NCBI GenBank assembly: GCA_963770895.1
Contig: CAVYRF010000001.1
Coordinates: 960,001 to 1,024,000 of the forward strand
DNA length: 64,000 nucleotides
Reading direction: 5' to 3'
DNA from: an uncultured Acidobacteriota bacterium
Lineage (GTDB): Bacteria > Acidobacteriota > Thermoanaerobaculia > Multivoradales > UBA5704
Of this stretch, positions 25,610 to 36,255 are shown one piece after another; the stretch's first letter is position 1, and each line of letters starts with the position of its first letter. Position numbers and translations under genes: made by a program. The notes beneath the pieces were generated by a model, which saw only the letters and a list, made by a program, of their open reading frames with translations, was not told the DNA's origin and did no database searches.

Positions 25610-28033
25610 CTACTCGCTGCGCAGCGTGGCGATCGGTTCGGTGCGGGCGGCGCGCCAGGCGGGCAGGGCGGTGGCGGCCAGGGCGACGAGGGCGAGCAGT
25701 GCCATGCTGCCGGTGATGGCCAGCGGGCTTGCGGCCGGCACCTCGAAGAGCAGGCTGCGCAGCAGCGGCACGGTGGCGATCGTGGCGGCGAGCCCGGCGA
25801 TCTCGCCGCCCACGACCAGGACGCAGCTCTGGCGCAGGACGAGGGCCAAAATGTCGGCGCGGCGAGCGCCCAGGGCCATGCGCACGCCGATCTCGCGGCG
25901 CCGTTCGCTCACCGCGTAGGCGAGGACGCCGTAGACGCCCAGGGCAGCCAGCAGCAGCGCCAGACCGGCGAAGAAGCCCAGGAGGACGGCGACCAGGCGC
26001 GGCCGCGCCAGCGTGTCGGAGACGACGGCGTCCATCGCCTCGACTTCGTAGATCGGCTGCTCGCGGTCGAGGGCGAGCATCTCGCGGCGGATGGCGGGTG
26101 CCAGCCGGTTGGGCGCCAGGCGGCTCCTGACCAGGAGCGTGGCGCTGTTGTCGAAGCCGGCAAGGTAGATCTCCGGTTCGGCAGCGGCGTCGAGCGCCAG
26201 GTCGCGGGCGTTCGCCACCACGCCGACGATGGGCAGGGCGGTGGGGTGCGGGCCGACGACGCCCATCACGACGCGGCTTGCCGTGGGGTTCCTGCCGCGC
26301 AGGAAGCGGTCGGCGAAGACCTGGTTGACGATGACCGGGCTGGCGCTGTCGTCGACGTCGCGATCTGCAAACACGCGGCCGGCGACCAGGCCGATGCCCA
26401 GGGTGCGGAAGTACGACGGGCTGACGTCGCGGATCTGCGCCACCGGGTAGTCGCCCGGGGCGGGTGCCGGCGCGCCGGCGATCAGGAAGCGCGACAGCGA
26501 GTGCGAGGCGGCGAGCGGCCGCACGTTGATGGTGGCGGCGGCGGTGACCCCGGGCAGCGCGCCGACGCGCTCGAGCAGGCGCTGGAAGAAGCGCTCGGTC
26601 TGCTGGTCGCTGTAGGAGCTTTCGGGCAGTGAAACGCGCAGGCTGAGGACCTGCGCGGTCTGGAAGCCCGCATCGACCCGCAGCAGGTTGGCGAAGCTGC
26701 GGATGAGCAGCGAGGCGCCGGTCACCAGGACGATCGCCAAGGCGATCTCGGCGGCGGCGAGCAGCGCGCGCGGGGCGCCGCCGCGGCCGCTGCTGCCGCG
26801 CTCTCCCTGGCGCAGGGTGCCGGCGAGATCGGGACGCGGGCGGCGCAGCGCCGGGAAGCTGCCGCAGACGACGGCGGCCAGGGCGGTGATCGCCGCGGCG
26901 GCGACCAGCATCGGCAGGCTCAGGTCGGCGGCGGCGCGGGCACCGAGCTGGGCGCCGGCAAAGCGGCTCATCTCGATGGCCAGAAGCGGCCGCGCCGCCG
27001 CCGCGAGGCCGACGCCCACCGCCGCGCCCAGGGCGCAGAGCACGACGCTCTCGGTCACCAGCTGACGCAGCAGCCGGCCGCGGCCGGCGCCCAGGGCGGT
27101 GCGCAGGGCCATCTCGCGCTCGCGGCCGACGGCGCGAACGAGCAGCAGGTTGGCGACATTGGCGCAGGCGATGAGGAGCACCACGACGACGGCGCCGAAC
27201 AGCGCCAGGACGGCCGCGCGCAGATGGCCGACCAGGCGCTCCGGCAGCGGCACGACGCCGATCCCCAGGCCGCGATGGGTGGCGGGAAAGGCCTGCTGCA
27301 GGCGGCCGGCGAGGGTCGCCATCTCGGCGCGCGCCGCGGCGAAGGTGGCGCCCGGGCGCAGGCGGCCGACCACTCCGACGATGTGGTACTGGCGGTTGGT
27401 GCGGTCGTCCGCGCTCAGCCGCGAAAGCGGCAGGAACAGCTCGGCGTCGAGCGGATACTGCGCCCCGGCCGGCAGCACGCCGGCGACCGTCACCGGCTGG
27501 CCGTTCAGGCGCAGCGCGCGGCCGACGACTCCGGGGTCGCCGTGAAAGCGCCGCTGCCACAACTCGTGGCCGAGAAGCGCCACGCGGTCGTGTCCCGGCA
27601 CCTCCTCGTCGGGCAGGAAGTTGCGGCCGAGCGCCGGCCGCACGCCGAGCAGCGGGAACAGATCGGCGGCGACCAGCGTCGCCCGCACCTCTTCCGGCTG
27701 GCCATCGACCGTCAGCGCCGCATCCTTGTAGCCGCTGAACGAGTAGGCGGCCAAGCCGGAAAAGCTCGTCGCCTGGGTACGCCAGTCGACGTAGTCGGGA
27801 TAGGGCACGTCGATCGCCCCGGCCTGCGGGTGCAGATCCTCGATCACCGCCAGGCGGCCGGCGTCGCGGAACGGCAGCGAACGCAAAAGCAGCCCATAGA
27901 CGACGCTGGCGATCGCCGTCGTAGCGCCGATACCCACCGCCAGGGTCAGCACCGCCGCGGCGGTGAACCCCGGGCTGCGCGCGAGAGTGCGCAGTGCGAA
28001 GCGGAGATCCTGTGACAGCGACTCGATCGTCAT
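25610..28033 (-). CDS. ADOP-type (duplicated MacB/FtsX) ABC transporter permease
   Basis: MTIESLSQDLRFALRTLARSPGFT start, LLIACANVANLLL, REMALRTALGAGR and RRREIGVRMALGA: two MacB-PCD/FtsX repeats. Confidence 0.9.
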   Translation of the reverse strand: MTIESLSQDLRFALRTLARSPGFTAAAVLTLAVGIGATTAIASVVYGLLLRSLPFRDAGRLAVIEDLHPQAGAIDVPYPDYVDWRTQATSFSGLAAYSFSGYKDAALTVDGQPEEVRATLVAADLFPLLGVRPALGRNFLPDEEVPGHDRVALLGHELWQRRFHGDPGVVGRALRLNGQPVTVAGVLPAGAQYPLDAELFLPLSRLSADDRTNRQYHIVGVVGRLRPGATFAAARAEMATLAGRLQQAFPATHRGLGIGVVPLPERLVGHLRAAVLALFGAVVVVLLIACANVANLLLVRAVGREREMALRTALGAGRGRLLRQLVTESVVLCALGAAVGVGLAAAARPLLAIEMSRFAGAQLGARAAADLSLPMLVAAAAITALAAVVCGSFPALRRPRPDLAGTLRQGERGSSGRGGAPRALLAAAEIALAIVLVTGASLLIRSFANLLRVDAGFQTAQVLSLRVSLPESSYSDQQTERFFQRLLERVGALPGVTAAATINVRPLAASHSLSRFLIAGAPAPAPGDYPVAQIRDVSPSYFRTLGIGLVAGRVFADRDVDDSASPVIVNQVFADRFLRGRNPTASRVVMGVVGPHPTALPIVGVVANARDLALDAAAEPEIYLAGFDNSATLLVRSRLAPNRLAPAIRREMLALDREQPIYEVEAMDAVVSDTLARPRLVAVLLGFFAGLALLLAALGVYGVLAYAVSERRREIGVRMALGARRADILALVLRQSCVLVVGGEIAGLAATIATVPLLRSLLFEVPAASPLAITGSMALLALVALAATALPAWRAARTEPIATLRSE

Positions 28034-28193
28034 GGGCACCGGACTCCTTCGCGTAGGGCCACGCCAGCGATTTTGGCACATCGATGCCGAGCAAGTCGCA
28101 GGAGGAGCCCGCATGAGCGACCAACGCCGAGGGTATTTCCTGCAGGAAGCCTGAAGGGTTAAGCTTGCGCGTCAACTATGGAGGATGACCGCA

Positions 28194-28352
28194 ATGAAAA
28201 AGGATGCAAAGAAATTGAGGCTTTCGCGCGAAACGGTGGCTGGGCTCGATGCGCCCGGCAACCAGTCCGGGCTGGCCGCGGTGCGCGGCGGCGCCGGCAC
28301 CGCCAGCCACACGCAGCTCAAGGAGGACTGCTGCGTCAGCAAGACCCACTGA
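28194..28352 (+). CDS. RiPP (class I lanthipeptide-like) precursor peptide A1, 52 aa
   Basis: Hand translation: MKKDAKKLRLSRETVAGLDAPGNQSGLAAVRGG-AGTASHTQLKEDCCVSKTH*. GGAGGA RBS at 28180. KKLxLxRET leader, GG site and a Ser/Thr/Cys core. Not in the ORF track. Confidence 0.75.
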   Translation: MKKDAKKLRLSRETVAGLDAPGNQSGLAAVRGGAGTASHTQLKEDCCVSKTH

Positions 28353-28638
28353 GGGTGGCCCGATCCCGTGCCGGTTGATCGTCGTCGAGAGCCCGGTGGG
28401 CAGCCAAGGAGCCCAGCGGCGAGTGCACGGCCGTCGGCAGTTGCAGCCAGTACGTCTGCTGCAGCTGCAGCTAGGCAGGTTCCCAACACCAGCGGTCGCG
28501 AGAGACCAGTCTTGTCCTCCCCGCCTGCGGGATCGCCGGGACGGTCGGGCCGCGCAGCTGCTCACCCAGGGCGCGCAGCAGCCCCTTTTCGAACGCTTCC
28601 AGCGCGCCGTCGCGGGGTGGGCATGACGGCTGCGTCAG

Positions 28639-28990
28639 CTAGCGGCCCGGGGGCTGGATGTCTGGCTGGGCCCCGAGGTCCAGGGCCACGGGGGGCGTCG
28701 AAGGCCAACGGGGCGGCGGTGAAGGGGGAAAGCAGATGCGATCGACCTTGACGGCGATCAGGGTGACGAGATTGGCGACGCGGTCTACCGACAGGCGGGC
28801 GGTAAAGGTGGCGACGCCGGGCCGGGCAGTCGTTTCGCCCTTCTTGCCCATCGAAAGGGCAATGCGGCCGGTGACGACGCCGGACGTCAGCGTATCGATG
28901 TGCGGCTTATAGATGGTGACGTCGCTGCCCCGGCCAGTAAGGAACTGGCGGGGCCAGGAGCGGTGCGCCGGCGTGCCAGCGGCGGTGTCC
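28639..28990 (-). pseudogene. N-terminal fragment of a secreted protein (WPR..YxPxID family, often annotated as carbohydrate-binding V/XII)
   Basis: WPRQF..VTIYKPHID..TGRIALS..GVATFTARLSVDR..LVTL..FP, then abrupt loss of coding character. Confidence 0.35.
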
Positions 28991-29106
28991 GTGGCCGCGA
29001 GCACCGCAAGGCCGCCGAGCGGCCGGTCGGAGGTGCCGGCACTGCCTTCGACCAGCCGCTGGGCGGCCTGGTTGTCGGAATGAACCAGACTCATCGGCGC
29101 TGGCGC

Positions 29107-29970
29107 TCAGCGTGCAGGTGAGCCTGCGACTGCGGCGAGGCCCTGCGGCCGGTCGAGGCCGAAGAGATTGGGATGTCCCTGGCAGCCGCCGGTGGCAAGG
29201 TATTGGGATTTACCATCCACCTCTCCCTGGCTCAGGCCGGTGGCCAGGCGGTCGGCGCCGGCGCGGTATGCCTGCTCGATCGAGACGGGGTCGCCGGCGG
29301 GGTCGGTCGCATTGACGGCGGCTTGCCAGAGCGGCCGGATGAAGGGTTCGCACCGCGCTTCATGGTGACTGTCGGCGCTTGCCACACCGACGACGTCCCG
29401 TCCCATCCGCGCGGCTTCGTCGAGAAAGCCGCCTGAGTAACACTGATCGGCGATCAGGATCAATCGCGCGAAGGGGAGCGGCGCCAGCCGGCGAAGGAAC
29501 GCGCCAGCCGTGATCAGACCGCTTTCCAGATTGAGAAAGGGGTGGCCGAAGGCGCGCCCGCCATGGCCGGTGAGGTAGACGAGCAGCAGGTCTTGTGGCC
29601 GCATCTCACGGCGCAAGAGCTCCACGGCCTGGTCGAGGCCGGCGGTCGAAGCGGGCAGGCGCCGGAGCGCGGCGTCTTCGCCGTTCGCCTTGCCGGCGGC
29701 CACGAGCAGCGTATGGCCGGGGGTGTAGCCGAGACGGGGCAGGCTGTCCAGGGCCAGATGGACGTTGTAGTTGTGAGTGAAGGAGTCGTCGCCATTGACG
29801 ATCAGCGCGTACTGGACCCCGGCCGCGGCGGGCGCCGGAGGGACCGCGGCTGCGGCTGCGTTGTGCGACAGGGCGACAACGAGCAGTGCCGCGGCGCCGG
29901 CCCAGAGGTGCCGAGCGGCGCGGGAGCGGCGCGCCGATTGCCGAGTGTGGTTGGAAGGGGGGACGGTCAT
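29107..29970 (-). CDS. Secreted C13/legumain-like (caspase-hemoglobinase fold) cysteine peptidase
   Basis: Signal peptide, LLVYLTGHGG (His) and ILIADQCYSGGF (Cys) catalytic dyad. Confidence 0.8.
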   Translation of the reverse strand: MTVPPSNHTRQSARRSRAARHLWAGAAALLVVALSHNAAAAAVPPAPAAAGVQYALIVNGDDSFTHNYNVHLALDSLPRLGYTPGHTLLVAAGKANGEDAALRRLPASTAGLDQAVELLRREMRPQDLLLVYLTGHGGRAFGHPFLNLESGLITAGAFLRRLAPLPFARLILIADQCYSGGFLDEAARMGRDVVGVASADSHHEARCEPFIRPLWQAAVNATDPAGDPVSIEQAYRAGADRLATGLSQGEVDGKSQYLATGGCQGHPNLFGLDRPQGLAAVAGSPAR

Positions 29971-30171
29971 GGCGTGCTCCTTATCGTCGTCAGCGTGCTG
30001 GTTGGCAGCGTGTCAACGACAAGCGTAGGGCCGGCGCCCGCCGCGCACCATCGGTCGTCATCCCTTCGTGGGATCGGGAACCGTCCGGTCGCCGGCGCCT
30101 GCACCGGCCTCCCCCTTGTCGGGATTGTTCCTACGCCGCGAGGATCGATCGATGGAGCTGCCGTGCCTGCG

Positions 30172-30300
30172 TCATCGCGAGGTGGCGGCGACCGCGGTTG
30201 GCGCCGGGGCTGCGGCAGGTGGGTCGAGTGCGACGTGGGTGCTGCCGAGAGTCGCCAGGCCGTCCAGGCCCGGCATCGCCAGGTCCAGGGAGATCGCCAC
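30172..30300 (-). pseudogene. Chimeric remnant: response-regulator piece fused to a thioredoxin C-terminal tail
   Basis: ISLDLAMPGLDGLATL (REC motif) joined to STHVALDPPAAAPAPTAVAATSR*, which matches the tail of the thioredoxin at 45308. Confidence 0.5.
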
Positions 30301-30634
30301 CGGCAGAGAACGTGACCGCCCAGATCCGCGGCGTCGCTCTGCTCGATCCCTTGGCCGAAGACTCGCTGCGCCGGGCCTTCGAGGGCGAGCCGGTTCACTA
30401 CCGGGCGCGATGCGGGCTTGCTCCCGGCAAGGCGCGCCTCCTGGCCATTGCCTATGATCCGGTACGCGACCCGGCGCCGCCCTTCGGCAGCTCGTCGTCG
30501 ACCGCCGCTGAACGCCAGCCGCAAGTGGCACCCGCCGACGGCGGCCGCGAGGATCGCTATCACGTCAGGCGCTTGCTTTCGCAAGTGCCTTGCCGTATCT
30601 TTTGTGTACTCCAACCCCCTAGGGGTTCCGCTCG

Positions 30635-33256
30635 ATGTCCGCCTTCAGCCTGATCGACGACTTCCTGGGAGCGCTCATCACACTCCGCCCCGACGGCGAA
30701 ATCGTGGCCTGGAATCCAGGTGCCGAGACCCTCTGCGGGGTGCCCGCCGCAGCAGCGGTGCACCTCTCTGTTTTCGACCTCATCGTACCGCCCGGACAGG
30801 CCGACGAGGTCAACAGGCAGATCGGCAAGGCCCTGGACACCTCCTCCGCGACCTTCGAATCCGAAGTCCGCCGCCAGGACGGCTCCCTGGTCTTCGTGGC
30901 GATCGCACTGCGATCGGTCCCGGAAGCCGGCGGCAAGCTGATCGCCGCCAACATCCGCGACATCACCGAGCTGATGTACCTGCGCCAGTCGCGCGTGCTG
31001 GAAACCAAGTTCCAAGGTCTCCTGGAAGCGGCGCCCGACGCCATGATCACCATCAACCGGGACGGCCGGATCGTCCTGGTCAACGGCCCGGCGGAACGGA
31101 TCTTCGGCTACAGCCGCGGCGACCTGCTCGGCCGCCCGCTCGAAGACCTGGTGCCGCGCCTCTTTCGCGGCCAGCCGGCGCCGATGTCCAAGGTGCTCAT
31201 CGGCGCCTTCCAGCTGCGCCAGCAGAGCCAGGGCCTGTTCGACCTGCACGACCTCCATGGGTGCCGCCGGGATGGCTCCACCTTCCCCGCCGAAATCAGC
31301 CTTTCTCCCCTGGAAACCGAAGACGGCCTGTTCACCACCGCCGCGATCCGCGACATCAGCGACCGCCTGCGGGTCGAAGCCAAGTTCCGCAGCCTCCTCG
31401 AATCGGCCCCCGACGCGATGGTCATCGTCGACAGCCGGGGGCGCATCGAGCTGGTCAACGGCCAGGTCGAAAAGCTGTTCGGTTACCGCCGCGACCAGAT
31501 GCTGGGCCGCGAGGTCGAGATGCTGGTGCCGGAACGCTTCCGCCCCCAGCACGCGGGCCACCGCGACGGCTTCTTCGCCGACCCGCGCGTTCGCGGCATG
31601 GGCGCCGGCATGGAGCTGTATGGACGCCGCAGCGACGGCAGCGAATTCCCGGTGGAGATCAGCCTGAGCCCGCTCGAAACTGAAGAAGGCATCCTGGTGT
31701 CGGGCGCCATCCGCGATCTGACCGACCGCCGGCGCCTCGAAGAACAGCGCAGCAGGAGCCTGCACGAAGCCAGCCGACTGAAGAGCGAGTTCCTGGCCAA
31801 CATGTCGCACGAGTTGCGGACACCGCTCAACGCCATCATCGGTTTTTCCGAGCTGCTGTGCGACGGCAAGGCGGGTCACCTCGAACCGTTGCAGCGCGAA
31901 TATCTGGACGACGTCCTCAGAAGCTCCCGCCACCTGCTGGGCCTGATCAACGACGTGCTCGACCTGTCGAAGATCGAGGCCGGCAAGATGGAGTTCAACC
32001 CGCGCAACGTCAATCCAGCGGTGGTGGCGCGCGAAGTGTGCGACATCCTGCGCAGCATGGCGGCGACGCGACGCATCGCCATCTCGCTGCGAGACGACGG
32101 CGGCTGTTCGCGAGTCTTCACCGATCCCGCCAAGCTCAAGCAGGTGCTCTACAATTTCCTCTCGAACGCGATCAAGTTCACTCCCGAAGGCGGGCAGGTG
32201 CACCTGCGCGTCGCGCCCGAGGGGGACGACGCCTTCCGCGTCGAGGTGCGGGATACGGGCATCGGGATCCGCGCCGAAGACGTCGTGCGCCTGTTCGTCG
32301 AATTCCAACAGCTCGACGTCGGCAGCTCCAAGCGGTACGGCGGCACCGGCCTGGGCCTCGCCCTGACCAAGCGCATCGTCGAAGCGCAGGGCGGTCGCGT
32401 CGGCGTCGAAAGCGTGCCCGGCCAGGGCAGCGTCTTCTATGCCGTCCTGCCGCTGGAATGCCCGCTGCCCGCCAGCCAGGACGCGGCACTCTCCACCCTT
32501 CACCCGGGAGCCCCGACCATCCTGGTGGTCGAAGACCAGCTCAGCGACCGCATCTGGCTGGTCCGCCTGCTGACCGGCGCCGGCTACAACGTGCAGACCG
32601 CGGCCACCGGACAGGAAGCGCTCGAGCACTGCGCGCGACACCGCTTCGCGGCCATCACGCTCGACCTGCTGCTGCCCGACTGCAACGGCCTCGACCTGTT
32701 GCGATCCATCCGCACGGGAGCCGGCCCCAGCCACAACGCACCGGTCGTCATCGTCACCGTCGTAGCCGAATCGATCGCCGCCGAATTCCTGGTCCACGAC
32801 TGCCTGACCAAGCCGTTTGCCGGCGACGAGCTGCTTGCCTCTCTTGCCAGCGCCGGCATCGTGGCGCCGGAGCACCCCACGGTGCTGGGAGTGCGTCTCG
32901 ATCTCGAAACTGAGCGGTTGGTCAGAGCTACGCTCGAGCCGGCCGGCCATCGCGTGATCTTCGCCAACGATCAACAGGAAGCCCTGCGTCTGGCCGCCGA
33001 GCATCGCCCGCCCATCGTGATCCTGGATCCGCTGATGCTCGGCGCCGACGGCTTCGAGCTGGTCGAAAGCCTGCGCCGGAACACCGCAAACCTCGACACG
33101 GTGGTGCTGGTTTGCAAGGCGGGGGGGCTGGACGACGCCGATCGCCGGCAGCTGGAGGAGGTCGTCAGACAGGCGGGGCTCGCACCTTGCGCCGACGGCG
33201 CCGACGCGCTGATCGAACAGCTGCGCCACCGGCTCCAGGACAAGGCGCGCCGATAG
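30635..33256 (+). CDS. Hybrid sensor histidine kinase (3x PAS, HisKA, HATPase, REC, degenerate REC)
   Basis: PAS repeats ([12 protein letters not shown]; [10 protein letters not shown]), [44 protein letters not shown] and ILVVED..LDLLLPD. Confidence 0.95.
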   Translation: MSAFSLIDDFLGALITLRPDGEIVAWNPGAETLCGVPAAAAVHLSVFDLIVPPGQADEVNRQIGKALDTSSATFESEVRRQDGSLVFVAIALRSVPEAGGKLIAANIRDITELMYLRQSRVLETKFQGLLEAAPDAMITINRDGRIVLVNGPAERIFGYSRGDLLGRPLEDLVPRLFRGQPAPMSKVLIGAFQLRQQSQGLFDLHDLHGCRRDGSTFPAEISLSPLETEDGLFTTAAIRDISDRLRVEAKFRSLLESAPDAMVIVDSRGRIELVNGQVEKLFGYRRDQMLGREVEMLVPERFRPQHAGHRDGFFADPRVRGMGAGMELYGRRSDGSEFPVEISLSPLETEEGILVSGAIRDLTDRRRLEEQRSRSLHEASRLKSEFLANMSHELRTPLNAIIGFSELLCDGKAGHLEPLQREYLDDVLRSSRHLLGLINDVLDLSKIEAGKMEFNPRNVNPAVVAREVCDILRSMAATRRIAISLRDDGGCSRVFTDPAKLKQVLYNFLSNAIKFTPEGGQVHLRVAPEGDDAFRVEVRDTGIGIRAEDVVRLFVEFQQLDVGSSKRYGGTGLGLALTKRIVEAQGGRVGVESVPGQGSVFYAVLPLECPLPASQDAALSTLHPGAPTILVVEDQLSDRIWLVRLLTGAGYNVQTAATGQEALEHCARHRFAAITLDLLLPDCNGLDLLRSIRTGAGPSHNAPVVIVTVVAESIAAEFLVHDCLTKPFAGDELLASLASAGIVAPEHPTVLGVRLDLETERLVRATLEPAGHRVIFANDQQEALRLAAEHRPPIVILDPLMLGADGFELVESLRRNTANLDTVVLVCKAGGLDDADRRQLEEVVRQAGLAPCADGADALIEQLRHRLQDKARR

Positions 33257-33277
33257 CATGCCGGAGGCCTCGCGAAC

Positions 33278-33655
33278 GTGGCAGGCGAACCGATCCTGAT
33301 CGTGGACGACAATCCGGCCAACCTCAAGCTGGCGCGCGTCACCCTCGCCCTGGAAGGGTTCGAGGTGCGGGTGGCCGCCGATGCCGAAGAGGCGCTGGCC
33401 CTGCTCGCCGTGTTCCGGCCGCGGCTGATCCTGATGGATCTCCAGCTGCCGGGCATGGACGGCCTGACCTTCACGCGGCAGCTCAAGAGCGATCCCGCGA
33501 CGCGCGACATCCTCATCGTCGCCCTCACCGCATATGCAATGAAGGGGGACGAGGAAAAGGCGCGCGACGCCGGCTGCGACGGTTACATCACCAAGCCGAT
33601 CGACACCCGCTCGCTACCCATGGTGGTCGCCAGGCACCTGTCACAAGGCCCTTGA
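33278..33655 (+). CDS. Single-domain response regulator (DivK/CheY-like)
   Basis: ILIVDDN..LILMDLQLPGMDG..ALTAYAM..ITKP. Confidence 0.92.
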   Translation: MAGEPILIVDDNPANLKLARVTLALEGFEVRVAADAEEALALLAVFRPRLILMDLQLPGMDGLTFTRQLKSDPATRDILIVALTAYAMKGDEEKARDAGCDGYITKPIDTRSLPMVVARHLSQGP

Positions 33656-33800
33656 CCCCGATGCCGCTCACCGCTCTCGGCTGCCGCCGCGGCGACGGCG
33701 CGTTCTACAACCACGGCGCCGGTCAGCCCGCCATGACGACCGCCGGACCGCTAGGTTATACTGCTCATATCGTTGTGACACAGCTGCATGCCCGGGGGCC

Positions 33801-34937
33801 GTGGTGAGGCGCGCCGCAAACATCCTGATCGTTGACGACACCGAACAGAACCTGGTCATCCTGACAGACCTGGTGCGGGCGCTCGGCCACGACGTGCAAA
33901 CCGCCCGCGACGGTCTGGAGGCGTTGGTCAGCCTCTCCCCGGAGATCGACCTGCTGCTGCTCGACGTCATGATGCCCGGACTCGACGGCTACGCGGTGGC
34001 GCGCCGCCTGCGCGCCGACGCGCGATGGCGCGATCTGCCGGTGATCATGGTGACGGCGCTCAACAACCAACAGGACCGCCTGGCGGCCGTCGAAGCCGGT
34101 GCCAACGACTTCATCGGCAAGCCGGTGGATCCCACGGAGCTGCGCTTGCGCATCGAATCCCAGCTGCGCCTCAAAGAGGCGCGCGACGTGTTGCAACGGT
34201 CGCACGATGAGCTGGAAGCATTCGTCGCGCAGCGCACGGTCGAGCTGCGGCAGGCGCTGCTCGACATGGCGGAAGCGCGGCGCCATACCTACGGCGCGCA
34301 CGTCGATTCCATCCACCGCCTGGTCCTCGCCGCCGAATTCAAGGACGCCGGCACGGCCCACCACATCAAGCGCCTCAGCCGTTACAGCCGCATCCTGGCC
34401 GAGGCCCTGCAGCTGGCCCCCGGCGACGCCGAGATCCTGCGTCACGCCGTGACCATGCACGACGTGGGCAAGATCGGGATTCCCGACGCAATTCTGAGCA
34501 AGCCCGGCAAGCTCACCGGCGAAGAGCGCCGGATCATGGAATCGCACACGCTGATCGGCGCCCGCATCCTCGAAGGCTCGCCCTCCGAGCTGATCGAAGC
34601 CGGAAGGATCGTCGCCCTGACCCACCACGAGCGCTGGGACGGCGGCGGCTATCCCCACGGCATCGCCGGCGAGGAAATCCCGCTTTGGGGCCGCATCTGC
34701 GCGGTGATCGACGTCTTCGACGCGCTCACCACCCACCGACCCTACCGCGAGCCGATGCCGCTCACGGAGGCCTTGGCGGCGCTGGGCGCCGAGCGCGGGC
34801 GCCATTTCGACCCCGTGCTGGTCGACCATTTCCTGGCCCGCGCCGACGCGGTGCTGGCGTTGCACGGCGAGCTGCATGACAGGGAGCCGCCGGCAGACGC
34901 CACGCTGGCGCCGACGGCGCAGAGGGCACAGTCATGA
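33801..34937 (+). CDS. REC-HD-GYP c-di-GMP phosphodiesterase (RpfG-like)
   Basis: REC domain (ILIVDD, LLDVMMP), then MHDVGKIG, HHERWDGGGYP and DVFDALT..RPY. Confidence 0.92.
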   Translation: MVRRAANILIVDDTEQNLVILTDLVRALGHDVQTARDGLEALVSLSPEIDLLLLDVMMPGLDGYAVARRLRADARWRDLPVIMVTALNNQQDRLAAVEAGANDFIGKPVDPTELRLRIESQLRLKEARDVLQRSHDELEAFVAQRTVELRQALLDMAEARRHTYGAHVDSIHRLVLAAEFKDAGTAHHIKRLSRYSRILAEALQLAPGDAEILRHAVTMHDVGKIGIPDAILSKPGKLTGEERRIMESHTLIGARILEGSPSELIEAGRIVALTHHERWDGGGYPHGIAGEEIPLWGRICAVIDVFDALTTHRPYREPMPLTEALAALGAERGRHFDPVLVDHFLARADAVLALHGELHDREPPADATLAPTAQRAQS

Positions 34938-35566
34938 TTCGAGTGCTGCTGGCGGATGATCACCCGGTGGTGCGCAGCGGATTGCGCGCCATCCTGCAGA
35001 CCGATCCCACCATCGAAGTGGTGAGCGAGGCCGGCAGCGGCGAAGAAGCGATCGATCGCTCGCGCACCAGCCGGCCGCAGGTCGTGCTGCTGGACATCGC
35101 GATGCCGGGCCGCGGCGGCATCGAGACGGCACAGGAGATCAAGCGGCTGCAGCCTGGCGTCAAGGTGCTGATGCTGACGATGCATCCCGAGGATCATTTT
35201 GCGGTGCGCTGCCTGCGCGAGGGAGCCGACGGTTACATCACCAAGGACGCGGCCCCCGAGCTGCTGGTACAGGCCGTGCACAAACTGGCCGCCGGCGGCA
35301 AGTACGTCAGCCCGGCGCTCGCCGAGCGCCTGGCGCTGTATCTCGACACCCGCTCCCAGCAGGCGCCGCACGAACAGCTGTCCAACCGCGAATTCGAGAT
35401 CATGCTGCTCATCGCCGCCGGCAAGCGCCCCAAGGACATCGCCACGCAGCTGCACCTGAGCATCAAGACGGTGAGCACCTACCGCACGCGCATCCTGCAG
35501 AAGATGAACTTCAAGACCAATGCCGACATCATGCGCTACGCGTTCGAAACCAAGCTCGAACGTTAG
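34934..35566 (+). CDS. NarL/LuxR-family DNA-binding response regulator (UvrY/GacA-like)
   Basis: MIRVLLADDHPVVRSG..LDIAMPG..LSNREFEI..IATQLHLSIKTVSTYRTRI. Confidence 0.93.
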   Translation: MIRVLLADDHPVVRSGLRAILQTDPTIEVVSEAGSGEEAIDRSRTSRPQVVLLDIAMPGRGGIETAQEIKRLQPGVKVLMLTMHPEDHFAVRCLREGADGYITKDAAPELLVQAVHKLAAGGKYVSPALAERLALYLDTRSQQAPHEQLSNREFEIMLLIAAGKRPKDIATQLHLSIKTVSTYRTRILQKMNFKTNADIMRYAFETKLER

Positions 35567-35600
35567 TATCCCGACTCGGGACACCAGCCGGCCGGCACCC

Positions 35601-35981
35601 TCATTCGCCGTCGGAGACGCGACGGCCGATCAACCGGGCAATGTCCGCGGCAAAGGTGCGCGTGTCGATCGGCTTGGCAAAGAACGCTTCGCAGCCGGCG
35701 GCGACGGCCTGATCCCGGTCGCTGCCGTCGGCTGCGGCGCTCATCATCGCGATCGGGACGTGCCGCGTCTGCGGATCACGGCGCAGGTCGAGGGCGACCT
35801 CGAAGCCGCTGATCCCCGGCAGGCATACGTCGAGCAGAATGAGGTCAGGCTTGCGTTCGCGTACCTGCGCCAGCGCCGCGACGCCCGTCGCCGCATGGCT
35901 CACCACGTAACCCTCGCCGGCCAGCAGCGCACGCATCAAATTGAAGTGGAGCAGGTGATCTTCTACAATGAGGATTTCCAT
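35601..35981 (-). CDS. Single-domain response regulator
   Basis: ILIVED..LILLDVCLPG..FAKPID. Confidence 0.88.
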   Translation of the reverse strand: MEILIVEDHLLHFNLMRALLAGEGYVVSHAATGVAALAQVRERKPDLILLDVCLPGISGFEVALDLRRDPQTRHVPIAMMSAAADGSDRDQAVAAGCEAFFAKPIDTRTFAADIARLIGRRVSDGE

Positions 35982-35997
35982 CGATCGAACCTCGGCA

Positions 35998-36015
35998 TGT
36001 AGGAATATTCCTACA
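35998..36015. promoter_or_regulatory. Perfect 18-bp palindrome TGTAGG-AATATT-CCTACA, candidate NarL/GacA-type operator
   Basis: Exact palindrome in a divergent intergenic region. It resembles the GacA/UvrY box TGTAAG-N6-CTTACA. Confidence 0.55.
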
Positions 36016-36255
36016 ACCAGTAAGCCCTTCAGAGCGGCGGATCAGGGAGAATTCCCGACGCCAGCCGCAGGCAAATGTCCGATGCCGCGATCCCCACGCT
36101 GGCCCTACGCTTCCGTTGCCATGCCGGACCTGGACGCACGCAGGCGGGCGCCGCGCGCCGCGCCTGGCCAGGAATTGCTTACGGCGATGGCATCGTGCTG
36201 TGATCAGTATCTCACGTTTCTTGACCGGCCGACGTGCCTGAAAGAGTCCTTCGCC

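Noticed and set aside
28178-28378. 66-aa ORF from the track
   Set aside because: Wrong frame. The overlapping 28194-28352 frame has the RBS and leader motif.
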